64,000 nt of DNA from a virus. The notes beneath the pieces were generated by a model. The model was not told the DNA's origin and searched no databases. It saw only the letters and a list, made by a program, of their open reading frames with translations. Positions 8,376 through 15,449 of this stretch are shown here, in pieces; the first letter of the stretch is position 1, and each line of letters begins with the position of its first letter. The position numbers and the translations under genes are program-made. The stretch lies in the IMG/VR virus record IMGVR_UViG_3300045970_000065, positions 1-64,000 of that record. One strand, written 5' to 3'.

Positions 8376-8756
8376 ATGGCAAATGAAGTAACGGTGTTGG
8401 AACCTGGAGCCAGCGGAGTTCCAGTTCTGAGCGATCTGCACGGATCGTTCGTGGAGTCCCTGATTCGCAACAACAAGAAAATCAGGGAAGATAGGGCCTT
8501 AGCTATCGTTGAACAAGCTGAGGTTATTTACAAAAGGGAGATTGAGGACACGGAGCTGAAGATCAAACAACTTCGTCGTGATCGGGAGAATATGTTGGAC
8601 CTTTCTCCTGATAATGCTCTCTCCCTCATTGTAGCTAGTGATTTCGATGCCAAAGCTTTTGTCGGCAAAGACATCCGGTTTGGCATTGACATCAGGAACT
8701 TGGAAATTACCCTGGACATAGCCAAGTCCAGGTACAACTGGCTGTTCGGTAAGTAA
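8376..8756 (+). CDS. Hypothetical protein, G+C-rich codon usage
   Basis: ORF track; ATG after AAAAGGAGAAGAGC; flanked on both sides by structured non-coding RNA-like segments. Confidence 0.7.
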   Translation: MANEVTVLEPGASGVPVLSDLHGSFVESLIRNNKKIREDRALAIVEQAEVIYKREIEDTELKIKQLRRDRENMLDLSPDNALSLIVASDFDAKAFVGKDIRFGIDIRNLEITLDIAKSRYNWLFGK

Positions 8757-8901
8757 TATCAGTTTCGGGTTGTTCTAGCTCACTGTCCGGGCACGGAAGT
8801 ATTGAGTAGAGATGATGGCGTGATGGCTACTCAGCAAACTAGAACGTAAAACTCCATAGCCTGGTAATCTAGACACTGCCATAAAAAGAGTTTCCTGAAT
8901 A

Positions 8902-9123
8902 ATGAATTTTAAAGATGAGTACGAAGATTTCCTCAACCAACAAGACCTTAAAAGGAGTTTAACCATGGGAATGCCCGCTTATTCGGAAGCACAGAAGATG
9001 TCTGAAAAAGAGATAGCTGATATTAATGCTATCGAGGAAAAATACCATCGCGGTGAAGTGCTTACTGAGGAAGAGTTGGAGATCTACCTCGATGCACACG
9101 CTGTAAAAGTGGAGGTGGTGTAA
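8902..9123 (+). CDS. Hypothetical acidic protein
   Basis: ORF track, 73 aa. Confidence 0.5.
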   Translation: MNFKDEYEDFLNQQDLKRSLTMGMPAYSEAQKMSEKEIADINAIEEKYHRGEVLTEEELEIYLDAHAVKVEVV

Positions 9124-9124
9124 C

Positions 9125-10015
9125 ATGGGTGGTTCAACTTACTCCTCAACCGATCGTTCTACTCGTGCTGCTACTTTAGCATATCACAGTGCCCCTGTCA
9201 ACGAAATCTTTAAACAGAACAAAGAGCGTAAATGTCACGCAGAGATGGACCCAAAGAATGTGACGTTTCGTGAAGCTCGTGATTCTACTGTTCATCCATA
9301 TACTGTCCCAATTCAGCTGTATCTAGATGTCACAGGTAGTATGGGGCAAATTCCTCACGACTTTATTAAAGATGGTCTGCCTACACTTATTGGGAGGTTG
9401 ATTCAGAATGGTGTTCCGGACGTCGCCCTGATGTTTGGCGCCATTGGTGATCATGAGTGTGATAGGGTTCCTCTTCAGGTAGGTCAATTCGAATCAGGTG
9501 ATGCTGAACTTGATATGTGGCTTACAAGAACATATCTTGAGGGCAATGGAGGCGGCAATAGAGGTGAGTCCTATCTTCTTGCTTGGTATTTCGCTTCTCA
9601 TTATGTACGAACAGATGCATTCGATAAGCGTAAGAAGAAAGGCTTTATCTTCACAATCGGCGATGAGCCTTGTTTGCGCACATTGCCTACCAGTGCTGTT
9701 CTTCAGATTTTCGGCACTAAGCAGCAACATCCCAATGATTGCAGTGCTACCGATTTATTGGAAACGGCGAAGATTGAAAATCATGTGTATCATATTTGTA
9801 CACATAATTACCGTCCTGATGATTGGTGGAAAGAATCATTTGGTGATCATTTGCTCATCGTGAATGACTTCAGGAAGATACCAGAAGCAATCTCTGAGGT
9901 TGTTCTCAATACGCTTAAATGGGAACAGGATGAATGGTTAAAGGCTTCATCTCAAAATTCTAATCCCATTCTGGTAGATAAGTCTCACACGATAATTCCG
10001 CCAACTTTCCTCTAG
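9125..10015 (+). CDS. von Willebrand factor A (VWA)-like domain protein
   Basis: ATG after GGAGGTGG; MIDAS-like LYLDVTGSMG (DxSGS-type) followed by an alternating beta/alpha pattern; 296 aa. Confidence 0.6.
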   Translation: MGGSTYSSTDRSTRAATLAYHSAPVNEIFKQNKERKCHAEMDPKNVTFREARDSTVHPYTVPIQLYLDVTGSMGQIPHDFIKDGLPTLIGRLIQNGVPDVALMFGAIGDHECDRVPLQVGQFESGDAELDMWLTRTYLEGNGGGNRGESYLLAWYFASHYVRTDAFDKRKKKGFIFTIGDEPCLRTLPTSAVLQIFGTKQQHPNDCSATDLLETAKIENHVYHICTHNYRPDDWWKESFGDHLLIVNDFRKIPEAISEVVLNTLKWEQDEWLKASSQNSNPILVDKSHTIIPPTFL

Positions 10016-10023
10016 GAGCTCTA

Positions 10024-11082
10024 ATGAGCAAGATAGTCCTCGGGACTGGATTTGGGGATGAGGGGAAGGGCGCTACGGTGTCCTTCCTCGTTTCTCAATC
10101 TGTCAGACCATTAGTAATAAGATTTAATGGAGGACATCAGGCAGGCCATACTGTTGTCCATGGTGATGTTAGGCATGTTCATTCGAACTTCGGTTCAGGG
10201 ACTCTTCACGGGGTTCCTACATACTGGAGTAAACATTGCACTATTCATCCGAAAGGTATTTTGAATGAATACAAGGCACTGAAGGAAAAAGGTGTAATTC
10301 CGAGACTATTCATTGATCCTCTTTGTCCAGTTACGTTGCCATTAGATATTAAGTATAATCAAACAATGGAGGGTTTGAATAATCACGGTTCAGTAGGTGT
10401 GGGTTTTGGAGCTACTATAGAAAGGCATGAAGAGAATCGTCGTATCTATGCAATGGATCTTCTTGATCCTTATATCCTATTGTACAAACTTAAACTATTA
10501 GGCGTAAGCATGTTTGATGACGATACTCTTGATTTCAAATCTGAATGTGCAAGACTTCAGAAAATAGTAAGCATCGGCAGACCGGTATTTGGTAATTGTG
10601 ATATAATCTTTGAGGGTGCTCAAGGAATTCTCCTTGATCAAGAGTTTGGATTCTTTCCTCATGTTACACGTTCATATTGCACAGCAAAGAATGCTCTACA
10701 GGTTATTGACGAGTTCAAGCTAACACCTCCAGAGATGTTCTATGTTACTCGTACTTACGCTACAAGGCACGGCAACGGCCCAATGCACAATGAGGAGGTG
10801 ATAAAACTCAGGAACAATGAACAAGAGACTAATGTAAAACAAACTTGGCAAGGAGCATTTAGAACAGGTAATCTGTCTATGGACTGGTTACAATATGCCA
10901 TCAATTGTAATCGATTAGTGGCGCCTGGCATGCGTGGTACCTTGGTGGTTACCTGTGTTGATCAACGTAATCCAATCTTCCCAGTATATGTGAAGAATCG
11001 TAAGCAATCCATGCGAGCTAATGATTTCGTTAATTTCATGGAATCAGATGTTCCGAGTATTATACTAAGGAGTGAGCCTTGA
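10024..11082 (+). CDS. Adenylosuccinate-synthetase homologue, short phage type (PurZ-like candidate)
   Basis: GTGFGDEGKGATV (P-loop GDEGKG), NGGHQAGHTV, GSVGVGFGATIE, IFEGAQGILLDQEFGFFPHVTRS, TRHGNGP; 352 aa, shorter than the E. coli PurA I recall (about 430 aa). Confidence 0.75.
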   Translation: MSKIVLGTGFGDEGKGATVSFLVSQSVRPLVIRFNGGHQAGHTVVHGDVRHVHSNFGSGTLHGVPTYWSKHCTIHPKGILNEYKALKEKGVIPRLFIDPLCPVTLPLDIKYNQTMEGLNNHGSVGVGFGATIERHEENRRIYAMDLLDPYILLYKLKLLGVSMFDDDTLDFKSECARLQKIVSIGRPVFGNCDIIFEGAQGILLDQEFGFFPHVTRSYCTAKNALQVIDEFKLTPPEMFYVTRTYATRHGNGPMHNEEVIKLRNNEQETNVKQTWQGAFRTGNLSMDWLQYAINCNRLVAPGMRGTLVVTCVDQRNPIFPVYVKNRKQSMRANDFVNFMESDVPSIILRSEP

Positions 11083-11252
11083 GCTTATTGGAAACATTAG
11101 CAGAGATTAATTGTGGTCTCTTTTCTGAGGCGGCAGTCTATATGCATCAGTTGATAGAATCAATTGATCCTGATGCCAGGCCTGCCATGTATACCGGTTT
11201 TTATGTATTCCTCAATACACTTGGCGAATTGGCCAGACAGGAGCTGAAATAA
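11079..11252 (+). CDS. Hypothetical protein (57 aa, TTG start)
   Basis: TTG 11079 six nt after AAGGAG (11067..11072), overlaps upstream stop; stop overlaps next ATG (TAATG). Confidence 0.4.
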   Translation: MSLLETLAEINCGLFSEAAVYMHQLIESIDPDARPAMYTGFYVFLNTLGELARQELK

Positions 11253-11635
11253 TGGAATGGTGGCAAGTATATCTCTTCACGCGGCTAGATGGTATTAATA
11301 TCTTCTTCATGATTACGGCAGTGGCTGGTGTAATCCTATCAATTATTGCTATTGTCGTATATTACTCTACCCTGGATAGCGAGTATTCGAAAGATGAACA
11401 CCTATTCGTGGATAAATACCTGAAACCTATTATTGCGATTACAGCTATAAGTATAGGTGTTAGTATAGCGCTGCCTACCCAGAAAGATATGGCAGCTATT
11501 ATACTGTTGCCAAAAGTAGTTAACAATCAAGACATCCAGAAAATGCCGGCAGACGCAGCTAAATTACTTCGGGTGAAACTCGAACAATGGATTGATGCAC
11601 AAATAGCTCTACCTACCAAGGAGGAAAAGAAGTAA
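11252..11635 (+). CDS. Membrane protein (2-3 TM)
   Basis: ORF track; hydrophobic spans INIFFMITAVAGVILSIIAIVVYY and IIAITAISIGVSIAL. Confidence 0.65.
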   Translation: MEWWQVYLFTRLDGINIFFMITAVAGVILSIIAIVVYYSTLDSEYSKDEHLFVDKYLKPIIAITAISIGVSIALPTQKDMAAIILLPKVVNNQDIQKMPADAAKLLRVKLEQWIDAQIALPTKEEKK

Positions 11636-11796
11636 TGGGACAACTCGGCCTCAGGAAACACTTGGAGAAGGATTACGTTGACGTCCCTGAATGCGGTAAG
11701 GGTGCGGCAAAGAAGGATAGCGAGGCTTGTCCTTCTAATTGCAGTTGCATACACATCCACAAGAAAGGTAACAAGATGGGGAGGTTTAATAAGTGA
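11635..11796 (+). CDS. Small basic Cys-containing ORF (53 aa)
   Basis: ATG 11635 overlapping previous stop; open to TGA 11794..11796, which overlaps the next GTG start. Confidence 0.4.
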   Translation: MGQLGLRKHLEKDYVDVPECGKGAAKKDSEACPSNCSCIHIHKKGNKMGRFNK

Positions 11797-11984
11797 AATC
11801 TCATTTGGTATATGTTCTCGTAGATGCCACTTTAGAGCCCAGAGAATACGCAACCTCTGAAGAAGATGTTTGGAAGAAAGCTTGTGGAGATTCTTTGTCG
11901 CTATATTTTCTATTAAAACGGAGTGGTAACACAGCAAAACCAGTAAGAATTTATCTCTCGGAGGAAGCATGCGAGGAACAGTAG
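11793..11984 (+). CDS. Hypothetical protein
   Basis: ORF track (GTG start, GTGA overlap). Confidence 0.45.
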   Translation: MKSHLVYVLVDATLEPREYATSEEDVWKKACGDSLSLYFLLKRSGNTAKPVRIYLSEEACEEQ

Positions 11985-12205
11985 CGAAAAGGCTGAGGAG
12001 ACAAGTTTATGGCAGCGACTTTAGTTCTCGAGAAAGACATTACAAGGACATCAACGGCCCAACTCAAGGAAGAAAACAAGACGGACTCACACCTGCTGGT
12101 AATCCCAACTGGGTTGATATCCTTGTGCCCGGTACCTTGGTCAACACAGGACGTCGTCAATCCTACCTGAAATTGAAGAAGGAGCATATACATGGAAGAG
12201 GATGA
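11969..12205 (+). CDS. Hypothetical basic protein
   Basis: ORF track; Arg/Lys-rich. Confidence 0.45.
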   Translation: MRGTVAKRLRRQVYGSDFSSRERHYKDINGPTQGRKQDGLTPAGNPNWVDILVPGTLVNTGRRQSYLKLKKEHIHGRG

Positions 12206-12353
12206 GATATGTAAACTAATGCTTCTTGTTCTCGATTACCAATATAATGGTGTGCCGTGGTGTGACCTCAACTCGTCTGTTCAACGCGTGTTTGGTAGTG
12301 TAGAACGCTACCATCACCTGAAGAAATACATAAGGGAGAAGAGATATGAATGA
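12192..12353 (+). CDS. Small ORF (53 aa), paralogue of the next ORF
   Basis: ATG 12192; LVLDYQYNGVPWCDLNSSVQRVFGSVERYHHLKKYI resembles FAYFYDDLSWYYLTVHEQAMFGHEETFKELVEWV in 12346..12501. Confidence 0.4.
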   Translation: MEEDEICKLMLLVLDYQYNGVPWCDLNSSVQRVFGSVERYHHLKKYIREKRYE

Positions 12354-12501
12354 TGAGGAACGTTTAGCAATCCTTAAGAGAGCATTCGCATATTTTTATG
12401 ATGATCTGTCTTGGTATTATTTGACAGTTCATGAACAGGCGATGTTCGGTCATGAAGAAACATTTAAAGAACTCGTGGAGTGGGTAAAATGGCAAGTATA
12501 G
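12346..12501 (+). CDS. Small ORF (51 aa), paralogue of the previous ORF
   Basis: ATG 12346 overlapping the previous ORF end; stop TAG 12499..12501. Confidence 0.4.
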   Translation: MNDEERLAILKRAFAYFYDDLSWYYLTVHEQAMFGHEETFKELVEWVKWQV

Positions 12502-12680
12502 GTCTTATCGGCAAGAGTGGAAGAATACGTCTTCAAAAGAAACGAGAAGAGTTGTCACCAGGTAAGGCTAAATTATTCTCTGGTGATCACAGTCGTAAAC
12601 AGAATCTTAAGCTCAAAGAGTGGTATCTCCGCTGGAAATACTGTGTGGACAACAAGAACTATCTACTAATGAACTATTAA
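12489..12680 (+). CDS. Hypothetical basic protein
   Basis: In frame with track ORF 12480..12680; first ATG at 12489. Confidence 0.4.
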   Translation: MASIGLIGKSGRIRLQKKREELSPGKAKLFSGDHSRKQNLKLKEWYLRWKYCVDNKNYLLMNY

Positions 12681-12690
12681 GGAGACTGAA

Positions 12691-12828
12691 ATGAAAGAGA
12701 GAATTAAGCTTAATGACTCAATGATGGACATACTTATGAATATGTCTGAAGATAACTATGGTATGGGCGTTGAGCTGGATGAGATGATGGAGAAGGTCAG
12801 GGAAGCCTTGCCTAATTTCGTACGATGA
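12691..12828 (+). CDS. Small acidic ORF (45 aa)
   Basis: ATG 12691 after TAAGGAGACTGAA; stop overlaps next ATG. Confidence 0.4.
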   Translation: MKERIKLNDSMMDILMNMSEDNYGMGVELDEMMEKVREALPNFVR

Positions 12829-13061
12829 TGAGAGTAGAATTAACCTACTTTAAAGCCGGTGGGAAGTATTATTCAGAAGGTACATTCGAGGTACCTGATG
12901 ATGCCTCCATGAGTGCTAAGATAGCTATGAACACATTGCCAGGACTAATCAAAGGATGTTCTGAGTTCATTGTCCTTATAAACGTCCCTGAGCATGAAAG
13001 CGATCATCCACGTTTAATGAATATAGCGCCTTCACTGTTACAAGAATGGAACAAGATATGA
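12825..13061 (+). CDS. Hypothetical protein
   Basis: ORF track, 78 aa. Confidence 0.5.
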   Translation: MMRVELTYFKAGGKYYSEGTFEVPDDASMSAKIAMNTLPGLIKGCSEFIVLINVPEHESDHPRLMNIAPSLLQEWNKI

Positions 13062-13111
13062 TGGGCTGGTATTGCGAGCATCCATTTTTGTCTCGAATGA
13101 TAGGAGTCTAA

Positions 13112-13642
13112 ATGATAGATCTGATGATCGATCTAGAAACAATGTCAATGGACCCTAATGCTGCCATTGTATCACTTGGGGCAGTATTCTTTGATAAAGA
13201 AGAACTGGGGCCTAAATTCTACAACACAATTAATTTAGCATCGTCAGTTAAAGCTGGTGGTAAAATTGATTCTAACACTATTATGTGGTGGATGAAACAA
13301 GGTGATTCAGCACGATTAGCCTTTGTGGATGCTGATAAGCCTATAGCACTTGTTCTAACAGGCTTTCAAGAGTTCTTAAGAGCCGTCTGCAGCTCAGAAG
13401 ATGTTAGAATATGGGGCAATGGAGCAGCATTTGATAACGTTCTTCTTAGGCAGGCTTATATGAGATTAGGATGGCGAGCACCTTGGTTATACAAGCATGA
13501 CTGTTGTTACAGGACATTGAAAGTGTTATATCCTGATATCGTTGCAGACGAACCTGAAGGCAATGTACATCATAATGCCCTTTCTGACGCCATTTATCAA
13601 GCGACACATTTACAGAAGATTCTTAGGAGGCTTAATGTCTAA
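13112..13642 (+). CDS. DEDDh 3'-5' exonuclease (DnaQ-like fold)
   Basis: Exo I MIDLETMS, Exo II IWGNGAAFDNV, Exo III HHNALSDAIY; 176 aa. Confidence 0.85.
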   Translation: MIDLMIDLETMSMDPNAAIVSLGAVFFDKEELGPKFYNTINLASSVKAGGKIDSNTIMWWMKQGDSARLAFVDADKPIALVLTGFQEFLRAVCSSEDVRIWGNGAAFDNVLLRQAYMRLGWRAPWLYKHDCCYRTLKVLYPDIVADEPEGNVHHNALSDAIYQATHLQKILRRLNV

Positions 13643-13829
13643 GAAAATAGAATATTGCTTTTGTAATTTTCCATTTTATGGAAACTGGATATGGTTCGCT
13701 AGAGCTAATGAGGATAACTCACCACATGAATACACGGCGAAGCGTTGTGATAACTGTAAGGCTCCTACATTTACTTTTAAGAACAGTAGAAAGTACGGTT
13801 TCAAACGTGCAATAACAGATTATAAATAA
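13635..13829 (+). CDS. Small Cys-containing protein
   Basis: ATG 13635 (in frame with track ORF 13542..13829) just before the exonuclease stop; CFC ... CDNC. Confidence 0.5.
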   Translation: MSKKIEYCFCNFPFYGNWIWFARANEDNSPHEYTAKRCDNCKAPTFTFKNSRKYGFKRAITDYK

Positions 13830-13832
13830 TTA

Positions 13833-13899
13833 TACCCTCCAATACATTGCCCTTAGGGGTGGTGTATTGGAGGGTACCGACCTATTTTTTTTTTCTTTT
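13833..13899 (+). terminator. Strong hairpin plus T10 tract
   Basis: TACCCTCCAATACA (13833..13846) pairs perfectly with TGTATTGGAGGGTA (13863..13876); then CCGACCTA and T10-C-TTTT (13885..13899). Ends the metabolism block. Confidence 0.8.
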
Positions 13900-13950
13900 G
13901 GACATGCCTTCGAAACACTGATAAACACTAGTGTATTTTGGCATTAGTCG

Positions 13951-13997
13951 AAACCGTTAAATTAACCCTATAATGATGTCCCGTTGAATGAGTATAA
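13951..13997 (+). promoter_or_regulatory. Tandem promoter-like motifs (full motif plus related second site)
   Basis: AAACCGTTAAATTAACCC (13951..13968), then CCCGTTGAATGAGTATAAG (13980..13998) 27 nt downstream. Same two-part arrangement at 56526..56572. Confidence 0.55.
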
Positions 13998-14293
13998 GAT
14001 GATATACTAATGACATATAACCCTTAAAGATATCCCTTCCTAAGGGTCTCCCTAGGGGGAGTATAAGAGTACAGATAGTAATTGTAGTTATAATAAACAT
14101 ATTATAAGAGTAACTATTATAGTATGTAATTATAAGATGATCATTTATTATTTGTAGTTATAAATACTTCTGGTAATGAAATAATTTTAAAATTACAAAT
14201 GATAAGAGGTTAGTTTAAGACTAGCCCAAGGACGTCATTAGGGCGGTGTTAGGCAGTCGGCTTAAATATCCAAAGGGTCTCCAAAGGGTTCCC
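13991..14293 (+). repeat. AT-rich non-coding region with short dispersed repeats and CCC/GGG palindromes
   Basis: TATAAGA(G/T) words at 13993, 14062, 14103, 14131; TTGTAGTTATAA at 14082 and 14152; AAGGGTCTCC at 14042 and 14273; palindrome CCCTAGGG near 14050. Confidence 0.6.
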
Positions 14294-14356
14294 ACAAACT
14301 ATCTAAATAGATGCAATTTGTACTGTTGTCATAATTTTATAGTGTAAGGAGCCCTT

Positions 14357-14560
14357 ATGAAACATCTAATCGAGTCATTAAGCAACATGTGTAAACGATT
14401 TGGCGTAACGGCAAGGCGCCCCTCAAGAACTTGCCCCACAAAGAATAAAAGACGCTGGCGTAAAGCAATAGCGTTTTATAACAAACTTAAGGGAGATAAA
14501 TATGGCAATATTGAAACACGATCATCCAAGCGCAGCAAAAATGAGGATGCTAAATTATGA
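14357..14560 (+). CDS. Small basic hypothetical protein
   Basis: ORF track; ATG after AAGGAGCCCTT; overlaps next gene by 59 nt. Confidence 0.35.
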   Translation: MKHLIESLSNMCKRFGVTARRPSRTCPTKNKRRWRKAIAFYNKLKGDKYGNIETRSSKRSKNEDAKL

Positions 14561-14882
14561 TCCTATTATGGCAGTTGTTGAAACAAGAGGAAAGATTGCT
14601 GAAATGATAAGAGATCAAGAGAAGCTTAGAGACGGCAAATTAGTGCGTATGAGAGCTGATGGTAGACCTCAGAATTTTTCAGCTACAGTGTTTCTAGATA
14701 TGCATCTAGGATTAGCAAAAGTAGATGAATCGCTATTGCGCTATAAATACGGACGTGTCCCTGAAACGATTAATATTAATGAAGAACGCACACAACCACT
14801 AATTATTAATCTGACATCTAAAGGTGAAACATATTGTATTAATCCTCAACCTGAGCTCGAAGGAGACAATGATGCTGAGTGA
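14502..14882 (+). CDS. Hypothetical protein (positional candidate for small terminase subunit)
   Basis: ORF track; first sizeable gene of the late block, upstream of TerL; no motif recognised. Confidence 0.3.
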   Translation: MAILKHDHPSAAKMRMLNYDPIMAVVETRGKIAEMIRDQEKLRDGKLVRMRADGRPQNFSATVFLDMHLGLAKVDESLLRYKYGRVPETININEERTQPLIINLTSKGETYCINPQPELEGDNDAE

Positions 14883-15204
14883 TATGGTAATACATCAACA
14901 ACAATTTGCAAGGATGCTAGGTAAGATGTTAGGGTATATAACTGACTCTACACCTTATGCTATGACTTTAGGTGAACTAATGCGCACACCTGAGCAGGCA
15001 GCATTAAATGCTTCTAAAGGTGTTGGCATTAAGAACTCATTGCATTGTGATAAGATGGCTATCGAAATTTATTTTTGGCATAGCGATCATATGGTGCCTG
15101 TACCCCAAGAAGCATTTAATATGTGGCGAGAATTGGGTGGTAATTGTGGAGCTGATTTTGGTGACATGAATCATTTTAGTCTTGTTTATGGAGGTAGAAA
15201 GTAA
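14869..15204 (+). CDS. Peptidase M15-like cell-wall hydrolase (endolysin candidate)
   Basis: ATG 14869 after AAGGAGACA; QQQFARMLGKML ... TLGELMRTPEQ ... NSLHCDKMAIEI ... GDMNHFS resembles the H-x6-D and D-x2-H zinc sites of VanY/L-Ala-D-Glu peptidases, but with Glu for the usual Asp. Confidence 0.45.
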   Translation: MMLSDMVIHQQQFARMLGKMLGYITDSTPYAMTLGELMRTPEQAALNASKGVGIKNSLHCDKMAIEIYFWHSDHMVPVPQEAFNMWRELGGNCGADFGDMNHFSLVYGGRK

Positions 15205-15449
15205 TGACGGAATCGCAGAAGGAATATGAAGCGTTTATTGAGTATCGTAAGCGATGTAGAGCAATTGACACTATTATTAAGTGTGCTAAAAATATTAACG
15301 AAATAATGCCCGAAGAAGTTACTATTTTTATTAAAAAGGATAATCTTGATTGGTTAAATAGTTTGCATAAAGATGCCATAGCGCATGGTGGTTACATTAA
15401 CATGGATGCATTTAAGGAGTATTGTAGCGATGGCAATAACCCTACATGA
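15204..15449 (+). CDS. Hypothetical protein
   Basis: ORF track; ATG after GGAGGTAGAAAGTA. Confidence 0.55.
   Translation: MTESQKEYEAFIEYRKRCRAIDTIIKCAKNINEIMPEEVTIFIKKDNLDWLNSLHKDAIAHGGYINMDAFKEYCSDGNNPT

Noticed and set aside
13946-13974. TATAAT at 13969 as a sigma70 -10 element within the motif region
   Set aside because: The hexamer 17 nt upstream (AGTCGA) has almost no resemblance to a -35 element. The TATAAT is not conserved at the other motif copies.
13951-14010. The idea that the similarity between 13951.. and 56526.. marks direct terminal repeats of the genome
   Set aside because: The similarity is limited to about 50-60 nt plus one shared 12-mer, and the flanks are unrelated. It is better explained as a reused regulatory module. 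True termini cannot be inferred from sequence alone.
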